The notes beneath the pieces were generated by a model. That model did no database searches. It worked only from the letters and a program-made list of their open reading frames with translations, and was not told where the DNA came from. Source: a virus (taxonomy: Duplodnaviria; Heunggongvirae; Uroviricota; Caudoviricetes). Taken from it: 64,000 nt of DNA. Where the stretch lies: the IMG/VR virus record IMGVR_UViG_3300032242_001414, positions 9,079-73,078 of that record; one strand, given 5' to 3'. This document shows, piece by piece, positions 35,468 to 44,996 of this stretch. Both the position numbers and the translations under genes were made by a program. Within the stretch, counting starts at the first letter, position 1. Each line of letters starts with the position of its first letter.

Positions 35468-36436
35468 ATGGGCAAGATAGGAAAAATCTCTACCTTAAAG
35501 AAGGATTACAACAATTCTCAGTTACAAACAATGCAAGGAGGACTTGCGTTAAAAGGCTTAACAAGAATCCCTGGTACAGGTGTATTTAAATACCCTTACA
35601 AAGAATTAGATGGTCAGTATAGAACAGGATTAGATCCTAATGCTGCTTACATCAGACGTATAGCTGATAACTTAGAAAGAGAAATGGAAATTGAAAGAGT
35701 TACTGATTTACGTAAAAGACTTGAAGCTCAATTAGGTGATATTGACTTAGGTCCTCGTTCTAATTTCTGGAACTATGGATTATCAACATCTAATGATGAT
35801 ACATTACATGTACAAGCTGTTAAGTTAATGGACGGTGATAACTTCTTTGACTTTAGTAATCCATCTCAAGAATTAGCGTTTGCATGGTTAAGAGTTCATC
35901 CAACAATTGCTTCTAGCTATCAAGCATGGGAGCGTGGTGAATATCCAGCAGATATCCAATTCTATGTAGCAGATGATGAAATTGAGAATGCAGTGTTATT
36001 CAAGAAAAAACAATTGATTAACAAAGCTATCATTAAGTTTGATCAAATGTCTATTGAGAAGAAGCGTAAGGTGGCAAGATTGTTAGGATTACCAGTTAGT
36101 GAAGACACTAAGGAAGAATCAGTTTACAATCAAGTAGATAACCTATTAAAACAAACAGAATTCAAGAATGGCAAATATGCTGGTTTAAACCCTGTAGAGG
36201 TGTTTGGCAGATATGCAGATATGAAGGAAAACTTGCTCCATATTAAAGATTTAGTAAAACAAGCAATTACACATTCAGTTTATAGATTGAAACCTAATGG
36301 TAAAGTTTATGAAGGTGAATTTGAAATAGCTAAGGACGAAGATGATTTAGTTAAGTTCTTAGCAGATGAAGATAACCAAGATGAGTTATTGACATTAGAA
36401 GGTAAGTTGAAAAGTAAAAAATTAGCATCGATATGA
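35468..36436 (+). CDS. hypothetical structural-module protein (322 aa)
   Basis: ORF track; preceded by the conserved AACCAAATAAAACAACTACAT-ATG leader. Confidence 0.5.
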   Translation: MGKIGKISTLKKDYNNSQLQTMQGGLALKGLTRIPGTGVFKYPYKELDGQYRTGLDPNAAYIRRIADNLEREMEIERVTDLRKRLEAQLGDIDLGPRSNFWNYGLSTSNDDTLHVQAVKLMDGDNFFDFSNPSQELAFAWLRVHPTIASSYQAWERGEYPADIQFYVADDEIENAVLFKKKQLINKAIIKFDQMSIEKKRKVARLLGLPVSEDTKEESVYNQVDNLLKQTEFKNGKYAGLNPVEVFGRYADMKENLLHIKDLVKQAITHSVYRLKPNGKVYEGEFEIAKDEDDLVKFLADEDNQDELLTLEGKLKSKKLASI

Positions 36437-37164
36437 TCCCAGTAGATAGTTTATTATATAAGATTGATCAGAAACTAAATAAACTATCGACTAACGAACA
36501 TCAGCAGATTCAATTAGAAGATAAGATTTTAGCTCTGAATGAGGCCCAAATTAAGCTTGTTAAACAAAAGCTAGATGGTCCAGCCACTCCAAGTACGCTT
36601 GGATTGGATGCTTTCAGAAAGCGTTATGAAGATCTTCAGAAGTTAATTGAGAACTATGAGGACCATCCTCTAAACTTGGTACCAACCAATCCTCAATTAC
36701 ATCAATACACTGCTGATCTAACAGGAATCACACCATCATATATGTTCTACATGGACTCATATGTATTGGCAGATAAAGGTAGATGCACAGATAGAATTAT
36801 ATGGATAAATAGAGAGTTAGTAAAGCATGGAGATATTCCTGTTATAATTAACAACACTCACTATAGACCATCATTTGAATATCAGGAGACATTTAGTAAC
36901 ATCAATACAAACCAGATAATGGTGTATTCAGATGGAACATTCACTCCAAAGACATTGTTTCTATCCTATCTAAGATACCCTGTGTATATTGATAAAGTTG
37001 GATATGTTCATTTTGATGGTACTGATTCTGTTAATTCAAACTGTGAATTAGCTGCATATCTAGAAGATGAATTGGTAGACTTAACAGTAGAGAACCTAGC
37101 TATGTATACAGAGAATGTAGCTGCTACACAATCTGCAGAATACAGAATTAGAACAAACGAATAA
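36433..37164 (+). CDS. hypothetical structural-module protein (243 aa)
   Basis: ORF track; 4-nt overlap with the preceding gene. Confidence 0.5.
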   Translation: MIPVDSLLYKIDQKLNKLSTNEHQQIQLEDKILALNEAQIKLVKQKLDGPATPSTLGLDAFRKRYEDLQKLIENYEDHPLNLVPTNPQLHQYTADLTGITPSYMFYMDSYVLADKGRCTDRIIWINRELVKHGDIPVIINNTHYRPSFEYQETFSNINTNQIMVYSDGTFTPKTLFLSYLRYPVYIDKVGYVHFDGTDSVNSNCELAAYLEDELVDLTVENLAMYTENVAATQSAEYRIRTNE

Positions 37165-37191
37165 TTTTTCATAATTTAAATATAAAACAAA

Positions 37192-38331
37192 ATGGCGGAT
37201 TTTTCATTAACCACCCTCTTTGTTGTACCAGTAGGAAACACAATCCCTAGCTCTGGATCAACACAGAATTTAACAGCTGGTCAAGTAGGTATCTATTTGA
37301 ACACTTACGCTGCTGCTACAGCAGGTAACATTGCTGCTGCTCCTTATTTTTACATTGCACAAGGAAGAACTAACACCTACTTACAAGGTACTAAGCGTTC
37401 TGACAAGATTGCTTCTAAAAACGTTACTCAATGGTACAAAGTTACTGGTAACCCAGTTGCTGCTAACCAAGTAACTAAAATTGGAAATTTCCAAGTGAAG
37501 CCAGGTGAAATTATCACTTTAACTTTACGTGCTTTCTCTAGCTACATCAACACATTGTATTTCAACGGTTTCACTCGTAGTGTAACTGTAAATGCTCCAT
37601 GTTTAGCATGTGGTGGAGATCCTTGTACTGATGTTGATGTTCCTGCTTTAATCGATCAATTGATCTTAAAATTACAAGCAAAAGCTCCAGGTAACAATCC
37701 TGACAACATTTCTTTCAGCACTTTCTATCAGTTCCAACGTGTTGGTAATGATCAAAATGCTAAGTTAGTTATCAGTGGTAAGCCTTTAACTAAGTATGGT
37801 CAACCATGTGATGTGGCTGCATTCCCTTGGGAATATGACCGTATGTGGTTCCGTACTTTCATCTTCGCTGGTCCAGCTACAACTGCTGACTTCATCGTTG
37901 CTGATCCTTGTAACAATGTTGCTGATGTTGTTGTAACTCAACGTTCTACTTATGTGTCTGGTACTTCAGATGAGATTAAGCAATTAGAAAAGAATTTCTA
38001 TAGCTATCAAGCTGGTTACTTAAAGCACTTATATAGAATGGTTGGATACAACGAAAACTTTGAAAGCTGGGTATCTGATGGTACTACCTACGATACTTTG
38101 TATATCAAGTTTAACGAGTATGACAAATCAACATACACTTGGGGTGACTACATTTACGAAGATGCTACAGTTATTTTAGCTATCCCTTCTGGAGATACTC
38201 AAGATTACTTAGATATCTTAGTACCAGCATTAGGTTCTCCAGTAGATGACAGTGCTCCTATTACAAGCACAACTAGTACAACAACTACTATTTGGCCTAG
38301 TACATCAACAACAACTACTTTAGCTCCTTAA
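37192..38331 (+). CDS. second highly expressed structural protein (379 aa) with Thr/Ser-rich C-terminus
   Basis: Capsid-like codon bias (CGT, GGT, GCT); C-terminal ITSTTSTTTTIWPSTSTTTTLAP; followed by a strong terminator. Confidence 0.5.
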   Translation: MADFSLTTLFVVPVGNTIPSSGSTQNLTAGQVGIYLNTYAAATAGNIAAAPYFYIAQGRTNTYLQGTKRSDKIASKNVTQWYKVTGNPVAANQVTKIGNFQVKPGEIITLTLRAFSSYINTLYFNGFTRSVTVNAPCLACGGDPCTDVDVPALIDQLILKLQAKAPGNNPDNISFSTFYQFQRVGNDQNAKLVISGKPLTKYGQPCDVAAFPWEYDRMWFRTFIFAGPATTADFIVADPCNNVADVVVTQRSTYVSGTSDEIKQLEKNFYSYQAGYLKHLYRMVGYNENFESWVSDGTTYDTLYIKFNEYDKSTYTWGDYIYEDATVILAIPSGDTQDYLDILVPALGSPVDDSAPITSTTSTTTTIWPSTSTTTTLAP

Positions 38332-38359
38332 TAGAACAAGAGTAGTTATCATATAACCT

Positions 38360-38410
38360 ATGCCAGAGGGTGAGAGGATATTTCTCAAATCCTCTGGCAT
38401 TATTATTTTA
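38360..38410 (+). terminator. rho-independent terminator
   Basis: Perfect 10-bp stem ATGCCAGAGG (38360-38369) / CCTCTGGCAT (38391-38400) followed by TATTATTTTA. Confidence 0.55.
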
Positions 38411-38417
38411 AATAACC

Positions 38418-38975
38418 ATGACTTTAGATTTTTTAGTAATTAATACATTCGATGTTAATACATTAGGTGTGGCTGATACATCAACTTATGATACCAACCC
38501 ACCAGATGTAACATCCCCAACTATGTCTATTACTATTCCTGGTTTTATAGATCCTGTGCTTATTCCTTTCAATCCTAATGACTTTAATGTATACAACTCT
38601 GCAATATTAGGACTTAGTCCAGTGGGTGTAAGTCAACCTCTTCCAGATGGTGTTTACTATCTGAAGTATACAGTTGCTCCAGCTACTACATATCATGTAG
38701 AGAAGAATATAATGAGAACAACTAGAATACAAGAGAAGTTTGATAATGCATTTATGAAATTAGATATGATGGAATGTGATAGTGCAATTAGAACACAATC
38801 AAAGGTTGTATTAACTAGTATCAATTTTATGATACAAGGATCTATTGCAGCAGCTAATAACTGTGCTATAGATACAGCTAATACATTATATATTCAAGCA
38901 GACAGACAATTAGATTATTTTATAACCAATAACTGTGGTTGTTCTGGTAACAATTACATAAATAATTTTTATTAG
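38418..38975 (+). CDS. hypothetical protein (185 aa)
   Basis: ORF track. Confidence 0.45.
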   Translation: MTLDFLVINTFDVNTLGVADTSTYDTNPPDVTSPTMSITIPGFIDPVLIPFNPNDFNVYNSAILGLSPVGVSQPLPDGVYYLKYTVAPATTYHVEKNIMRTTRIQEKFDNAFMKLDMMECDSAIRTQSKVVLTSINFMIQGSIAAANNCAIDTANTLYIQADRQLDYFITNNCGCSGNNYINNFY

Positions 38976-39031
38976 TATGGCAAACTGTAGAAACTGTGGC
39001 CTAAAAGTAGGCTGCGGATGTCAATTAATCA

Positions 39032-39355
39032 ATGGATTATGTTCAGCATGTAACTATGCTGCATCCCAAACCTCTCAAAGAATTAAAAATGTTATATCCA
39101 AGATTAACAAATTGTATCGAGTGTGCTAGTATACCTGCATTACTAACTGATATAGATAATAGATTAACCTATTGGGCAGTTGTTCAGTATAATAATATTG
39201 TGTTCTCTGTGAACCATTATATACCTGGAGAAGTGGTAGGTGCTTTAATAAATTATAAACAAATATTAACATACAAAGCTTGTAATCCTAACTATTGTAA
39301 ACCATTTACAATACCTATGATTGCTAGTAAAGTAAAATTGTTAATACATAAATAA
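39032..39355 (+). CDS. hypothetical protein (107 aa)
   Basis: ORF track. Confidence 0.4.
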   Translation: MDYVQHVTMLHPKPLKELKMLYPRLTNCIECASIPALLTDIDNRLTYWAVVQYNNIVFSVNHYIPGEVVGALINYKQILTYKACNPNYCKPFTIPMIASKVKLLIHK

Positions 39356-39363
39356 ATATAGAT

Positions 39364-40458
39364 ATGTCTTGCGAAAGTTGTTATAATGGATGTGTGCAAG
39401 TTACATCAGATGAATGTGTTAGATATACAGGTCCAGATTCTGTACCTTTGGATATTCAGACAGGAGATTCGTTAGCTGTTGTAGAAAGACAGCTTATTGA
39501 TAATGTAACATCGTTTTTAGATGGTTCAGGTATTAAGCTTACTATTAATCCAGCATTTATTTGTGCAGTTATAGAAGCATATTTACCAGCACCTGTTGAG
39601 GGTAAATACACTCTTCCTGATTATATAACAGGTCTTACAAGAGGTGCTTGTGCTATACAGGATGAAGTTGGTAATTTATATTATCAATTAAGTTTATTAC
39701 AAGGAACATATGATGTAAACTGTCTTGTAGGAGTTTTACCTACAGATGGAACTGTTGCAGTTTTACAAGCTACAATTAATAAGCTTTGTCAGACAGCAAC
39801 CGATTTAACTGCTCTATCATTAGATGTAAGTTCAAACTATGTTAAGTTAGCTGATTTGAATGGATTAATTCAAGCTTATTTAGATAGCCAATCTGGTAAT
39901 ATGACACAGCAATATAAGAAGATGGTTCCTTATACAGCTGTAGAATACTATGGTCCTCTTACAAACTTTGATGGTTCAGGTGCTGGTATATGTGACCTAG
40001 GTTGGGATAAAGTTTATTTATGTAATGGTGCTAATGGCACTCCTGATAAAAGAGGTAGAGTGGGTGTAGGAGCTATTAAAGATGTTCCTGGTGGACCATT
40101 AAACCCTGCTGTAGATCCTGCATATACAGGTAATCCTAACTATGATAAAGGAGATACTGCTGGTGTAAATTCAGTGGTATTAGGTGTAAATAATCTTCCT
40201 ACTCACTCACATGGTAGTTCAGTGAATACAACTGTTACAGATCCTGGACATACGCATCTTGCAGGAAAAACAGGAGAAACAGGAGGTGGAGGAACTATTG
40301 CTCTATCTAGCAATCCTGGTGCAGATTATGTAACATCATCTTCTACAACAGGCATCACTGTAAATACAACAGTGACAATTGGTAACACTGGTTCAAATGT
40401 AGCACATACTAACATTCAACCTGTAATTGCTACTTATTACATTATGTATATTCCTTAA
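39364..40458 (+). CDS. tail fiber protein with phage tail-collar domain
   Basis: C-terminal LPTHSHGSS...DPGHTHLAG...NVAHTNIQPVIATYYIMYIP matches the phage tail collar signature (HxH ... HxH ... HNNxQPY ... YIIxx). Confidence 0.7.
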   Translation: MSCESCYNGCVQVTSDECVRYTGPDSVPLDIQTGDSLAVVERQLIDNVTSFLDGSGIKLTINPAFICAVIEAYLPAPVEGKYTLPDYITGLTRGACAIQDEVGNLYYQLSLLQGTYDVNCLVGVLPTDGTVAVLQATINKLCQTATDLTALSLDVSSNYVKLADLNGLIQAYLDSQSGNMTQQYKKMVPYTAVEYYGPLTNFDGSGAGICDLGWDKVYLCNGANGTPDKRGRVGVGAIKDVPGGPLNPAVDPAYTGNPNYDKGDTAGVNSVVLGVNNLPTHSHGSSVNTTVTDPGHTHLAGKTGETGGGGTIALSSNPGADYVTSSSTTGITVNTTVTIGNTGSNVAHTNIQPVIATYYIMYIP

Positions 40459-40477
40459 TATTTTAAATCAATTATAA

Positions 40478-40720
40478 ATGTCTTGTTTACCTGGAATGGA
40501 CTGTTGGGAGGCTTATTATCATCCTCCTGGTGTTCCTAACTCAAACACAGTATTGTATGTTGGACCAAATCTTCCTAATTCAGGAGTTAACACAAACAAT
40601 AGTTTAACTGTTGCTCTTGAGAAAATAGATAGTAAAATGGATGCTGCCACTATATTAAATGAGATTGCAGCAAACCCAACTTTGAAAGCACAACTATGTG
40701 CAATTATAAACCAATGTTAA
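40478..40720 (+). CDS. hypothetical protein (80 aa)
   Basis: ORF track. Confidence 0.4.
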   Translation: MSCLPGMDCWEAYYHPPGVPNSNTVLYVGPNLPNSGVNTNNSLTVALEKIDSKMDAATILNEIAANPTLKAQLCAIINQC

Positions 40721-40731
40721 ACCAAAATTAA

Positions 40732-41379
40732 ATGACAGTATTAATCACATTAACCTTAGCAGGAACTAGTGTAGGTCCTTTTGATATATATTCAGATGTA
40801 GATGGATTCACTACACCTACCGTAACAGGTGTGTCTAGAGCAGATTTAATAGCTGGGTATTATGCTACAGTGCCTGATGGAACTACACAAGTGTTAGTTC
40901 AATCTACAGGAACTTGTACTACACAGCTTTATTTAACTGTAAGTGGTAACACTACCACTACAACTACAAGTTCTACTACTAGCACTACTACCACTATTCT
41001 TACATCAGGAGTATTGACTATTGCTTATAATAAGTATTCATCAACATTTACATTAACTGCAAGTGTTCCTACACCACAATCAATTTTGATTAGTGGAGCT
41101 ATCACTGCAGATGGTTATCCTACTAATGCTTGTACAGGAGCTGTTACAGGTGCTTCATTAACTGGAAACCATCTTGGATTGAATGTTGGAGAATCTGTAG
41201 CTTCTCATGTACCTACTTTCAGTAGCGGTACTTGGTCTACAAGCTTAACTGTTGGTATAACAGATGTTACTATTCCAATAGTAGTAAATGGAGGATCTCC
41301 AGTTCTTTATTCTAATGGAAGTACACTTGTAGCAGGAACTGTAAGCTACCTAGTACACATTGTAACTGAGTGTTCATAA
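40732..41379 (+). CDS. tail fiber-like protein with Thr-rich linker (215 aa)
   Basis: N-terminal ~60 aa (AGTSVGPFDIYSDVDGFTTPTVTGVSRADLIAGYYATV...VQSTGTCTTQLYLTV) is paralogous to the N-terminus of 49971..50834; NTTTTTTSSTTSTTTTI linker; terminator follows. Confidence 0.5.
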   Translation: MTVLITLTLAGTSVGPFDIYSDVDGFTTPTVTGVSRADLIAGYYATVPDGTTQVLVQSTGTCTTQLYLTVSGNTTTTTTSSTTSTTTTILTSGVLTIAYNKYSSTFTLTASVPTPQSILISGAITADGYPTNACTGAVTGASLTGNHLGLNVGESVASHVPTFSSGTWSTSLTVGITDVTIPIVVNGGSPVLYSNGSTLVAGTVSYLVHIVTECS

Positions 41380-41414
41380 TCATTAAAAACCCTGGTTGTT
41401 GGTTTCCAAGGTAT

Positions 41415-41447
41415 CCCCTGGCCTTTCTAGGCTGGGGGTTTTTGTTT
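41415..41447 (+). terminator. rho-independent terminator
   Basis: Stem CCCCTGGCC / GGCTGGGGG (two G-U pairs), loop TTTCTA, followed by TTTTTGTTT. Confidence 0.65.
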
Positions 41448-41555
41448 AATTTATAATTAAATTAGTTATTTTCATTAATTAAATTAGTTAGTATATTTTT
41501 GGGAATATCAAAAATAGTTCTTACCTTTACAGTAATTTTAACCAAACTTAACTAT

Positions 41556-42806
41556 ATGTCTGAAAACCAAAGTCTATTAGACCAACTTCAACAAATGCTA
41601 CACTGGAAGAAATCAAAGAAATACTATGCTGAAAAGCTAGGAATTACAGAAGCAGAAGTTGATGAACTTCTAGCAGATATTAGAAACAAAGAGGTGACAG
41701 AAATTGAAGCAGAACTTGGAAATTACATAGCAGACTTGGAAGATACAATTGTTAGATTTACAGAAGATATAGTTAAGGGTACAGGAGAGGTGGTAGCTAA
41801 CTTATCTGAGGAAGTAAAGAGTTTAGAAGATCTTATTGAGAAGTGTAAGATAGATACAGATAAATGGGAGATAACTAAATATGTACAGAACTACTGGGGA
41901 AATGCAGAACAACCTCACTGGCAAGTAAAAGCTTGGTTAGGAAAGAAGTCTACAGAGCAAGTATTTCAAGATGCATTTGTAGACTTTTTAGCTTCATATA
42001 AGCCTGTAAGTCAAGATGTTATAAGTCCTAAGTTTGTAGAAGGTAAGAGTAATGCTATGTTGGTTATCAACAAGCAAGACTCCCACTTAAACAAATATGA
42101 TATAGATGGTAATAATGATATTTCTTTTAGATTGGGTAATATCATTTACAAAGTGGAAACTATTGTTAACCAAGCAAAGCTTTCTAACAACTTAGAGAAC
42201 ATCACCTATATTATTGGTTCTGATGAGTTTAATAGTGAATACTCTGGTATGACTACTAAAGGAACTCCTCAGACAAACACTCACACATACCATGATTCAT
42301 TTAAGTTCATATGTGAGCATGAGATATTAGTAATTACAATGTTATTACAGCATGCAGAAAATGTAAATGTGGTGTATGTAGCTGGTAATCATGATGAGTT
42401 TGCTGGATGGCATATGATCACTTGGTTGCAAGCTTATTTCAGAAACATTGATAGATTACAATTTGATTGCTCTCCTAAGTATAGAAAATACATAAGTTAT
42501 GGAACTTCAGCATTAATGTTTAATCACGGAGATGCTATTAAGCCTGCTAAGTTAGCAGCATTATTCCCAATGGAATTTAAAGATGGTTGGTCTTTTCATA
42601 GCAACTTCTATATATTCACAGGAGATAAACATCATGAAGTGAGTCATGATTTCAATGGTATTAAATTTTACCAAATTCCAGCATTCTCAAATGCAAAGAG
42701 TCTTTGGGATGATAAGAATGGTCATGTGATGTCTAAAGCTGAAGTGACTGGATTCTTAATAGAGCAAGGCTCAGGAATGACAAATATATTCAAACAGTAT
42801 TTATAA
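41556..42806 (+). CDS. calcineurin-like metallophosphoesterase domain protein
   Basis: Track start is TTG (41499); first ATG 41556 (MSENQ...). Motifs DSH, IIGSDEF (GD), VAGNHDEF (GNHD/E), FNHGDAI, FTGDKHHEVSHD (GHxH-like) in phosphoesterase order. Confidence 0.55.
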   Translation: MSENQSLLDQLQQMLHWKKSKKYYAEKLGITEAEVDELLADIRNKEVTEIEAELGNYIADLEDTIVRFTEDIVKGTGEVVANLSEEVKSLEDLIEKCKIDTDKWEITKYVQNYWGNAEQPHWQVKAWLGKKSTEQVFQDAFVDFLASYKPVSQDVISPKFVEGKSNAMLVINKQDSHLNKYDIDGNNDISFRLGNIIYKVETIVNQAKLSNNLENITYIIGSDEFNSEYSGMTTKGTPQTNTHTYHDSFKFICEHEILVITMLLQHAENVNVVYVAGNHDEFAGWHMITWLQAYFRNIDRLQFDCSPKYRKYISYGTSALMFNHGDAIKPAKLAALFPMEFKDGWSFHSNFYIFTGDKHHEVSHDFNGIKFYQIPAFSNAKSLWDDKNGHVMSKAEVTGFLIEQGSGMTNIFKQYL

Positions 42807-43525
42807 TGGCAACATTAAGAAAAATGGTCTCAGATATTCGTGGTATGAATAAACTCATATCCACGGATAACCTTATTACAGACAGAGTAATAGCTGCTGA
42901 GATCAGAGTTAACACACAATTATTAATCAAGCGTGAGGCAAACCTCAGAAAGCTTTGGGCTACAGACACTGTATTCACCACTATTCCTTGCTTAGAACTT
43001 ATTGAAGTTCCTATCTCTGAATGCTGTGGATATACAGATCCTTGTCAAGTGGCAAGAACTAAATTTAAATTACCTCGTATATCTGAAGGTAATTACCAAT
43101 ACCTTATTCAAGGGGTATGGTCTATTAATGCAATGGGTGGACAAGGAACTAAATTTAAAGAAGTTACAATCAATAGATATTTGAATCTATTACAGCTTCC
43201 TATCATTAAGAATCAAACTTACTATTGGATAGCTAATGAATATCTATATGTAAGCAATCCAATGTTAAAAGCAGTGAGAATTGCTGCTTTCTTTGAGGAA
43301 GATGTACCAAATGATTTAATGTATCCAGAATGTGGATGTGGACCAGTACCAGTAGTTCTTGATGAAGACTATTGTAAGAACCCATTAGATAAAGAATATG
43401 CTTGTCCTGGTTATTTAGAACAACAGGTATTAGCAATGACAACACAAAAATTACTACAGACATACTTTAGAATTAATGATGATAAGACAGCAGATGCTAA
43501 AGATGACCAAGTAACTAAAGTGTAA
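42806..43525 (+). CDS. hypothetical structural-module protein (239 aa)
   Basis: ORF track. Confidence 0.5.
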   Translation: MATLRKMVSDIRGMNKLISTDNLITDRVIAAEIRVNTQLLIKREANLRKLWATDTVFTTIPCLELIEVPISECCGYTDPCQVARTKFKLPRISEGNYQYLIQGVWSINAMGGQGTKFKEVTINRYLNLLQLPIIKNQTYYWIANEYLYVSNPMLKAVRIAAFFEEDVPNDLMYPECGCGPVPVVLDEDYCKNPLDKEYACPGYLEQQVLAMTTQKLLQTYFRINDDKTADAKDDQVTKV

Positions 43526-43526
43526 T

Positions 43527-44003
43527 ATGCGAATAAAAATTGATTGGAGAAGCTCCAGTAAAGAAAACTACAATAACTTCTGCAAGAAGAATCCTACAAT
43601 CAAACTTTCATTTGATGAGTGGAGAAACATTATATATCAATATAATGAGTCCTTCAAGAGCTATATTTTAGAAACTGGAGAGAAAGCTAGACTTCCTTTT
43701 GGATTTGGAGAATTCTCAATCAATAAGAAAAAAAGAAAGAAATTAAAAACAGTTGATGGAAAAGAAATGGTTAACCTTCCAGTAGATTGGCAAAAGTCTA
43801 AAGAGAAAGGAAAACGCATATACAACTTCAACTATCATACAGAAGGATACTTCTTTGGATGGATGTGGTTTAAAGAGTCTGCTAGATTGAGAAACATAAA
43901 TCTCTGGTACTTTAAGCCTTCACGTGTAACTTCTAGGTTACTATCCCATTATATAAAAACTGATGATAAATATCAACATATTTATCGTGAGTGGAAAAAT
44001 TAA
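43527..44003 (+). CDS. hypothetical basic protein (158 aa)
   Basis: ORF track; Lys/Arg-rich. Confidence 0.45.
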   Translation: MRIKIDWRSSSKENYNNFCKKNPTIKLSFDEWRNIIYQYNESFKSYILETGEKARLPFGFGEFSINKKKRKKLKTVDGKEMVNLPVDWQKSKEKGKRIYNFNYHTEGYFFGWMWFKESARLRNINLWYFKPSRVTSRLLSHYIKTDDKYQHIYREWKN

Positions 44004-44009
44004 AATAAA

Positions 44010-44987
44010 ATGTCATATTATTACAAGTACAACTTTGTTTCTCCTCAACCAGTTTATGCAACTGTTAAAGAAGAACTAAAAAGTTATTTTGATACAGGTG
44101 CAGTAGATGATCTATTGTTCCCTACTTACTTAGACAAATGTTTAAAGAAGTTAGGTAGAGCAACTTATGTCATCTCTGAACAAATTTTGCATATAAATGA
44201 TTTTGAGGCTAGACTTCCAGATAATTTCTATGCTGTAAGAGAGGCTTGGATGTGTACAGAAATACCATCTAACTATCCTATTCAAACAGCTAATTCATTC
44301 TATTCTCAAGCATCTAGTCAAACAACAATACAAGTGAGTCCTCTTACTAGAGGTACAGGACCTTGTGTTAATCCTGTATGTAATGATACTAATTGCTCAG
44401 GACAATGTATGCCTGAGATTATACAAGCTGTATATAAGACTAATCAATCAGTAGCTAGAGCTTATAGAAATGAATACTTGCTTAAACCAGGTAACATTTC
44501 TGTAAGAAAGAACTGTGATGTAGAATATACTAATGCTTGGGAGTTCTACACTCCACCACCTCCAATTCATGAATTCACTCCTGGTTCTGCTAGTTATGAT
44601 TCATTTGATATTAGAGATAACAAATTTGTTACCAACTTTAGAGAAGGAACAGTTCATTTGATATTCTATGCTACAGAATATGATCAGATTGGAAATCAAA
44701 TGATTCCTGATAACTTTCGTATTAGAGAGTATGTAGAACACTTTATTAAATATAAGGTGTTTGAAATGTTATCTAATCAGCTAACTGATGAAACTTTCCA
44801 ACAAATACAAGCAAAGCTAGCTTATTACAAACAGCTATCTGAAGAAGCCTTTATTATGGCTGATATTGAAATCAAGAAGCAAGATCCTTGGACTAAACAA
44901 AGAAGGATTAAGAATGACTTGAATAGATTTAATATGTACGAATTACCTAATAGATCTTACAACGCATATGGTTGGGGAAGAAACTAA
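44010..44987 (+). CDS. hypothetical structural-module protein (325 aa)
   Basis: ORF track. Confidence 0.5.
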   Translation: MSYYYKYNFVSPQPVYATVKEELKSYFDTGAVDDLLFPTYLDKCLKKLGRATYVISEQILHINDFEARLPDNFYAVREAWMCTEIPSNYPIQTANSFYSQASSQTTIQVSPLTRGTGPCVNPVCNDTNCSGQCMPEIIQAVYKTNQSVARAYRNEYLLKPGNISVRKNCDVEYTNAWEFYTPPPPIHEFTPGSASYDSFDIRDNKFVTNFREGTVHLIFYATEYDQIGNQMIPDNFRIREYVEHFIKYKVFEMLSNQLTDETFQQIQAKLAYYKQLSEEAFIMADIEIKKQDPWTKQRRIKNDLNRFNMYELPNRSYNAYGWGRN

Positions 44988-44996
44988 TAAATAATT

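Noticed and set aside
35254-35589. Track ORF (111 aa, plus strand) spanning the capsid gene 3' end and the following intergenic region
   Set aside because: Overlaps the capsid stop, runs through two strong hairpins and the conserved leader of the next gene; composition is low-complexity. Judged a non-coding read-through frame.
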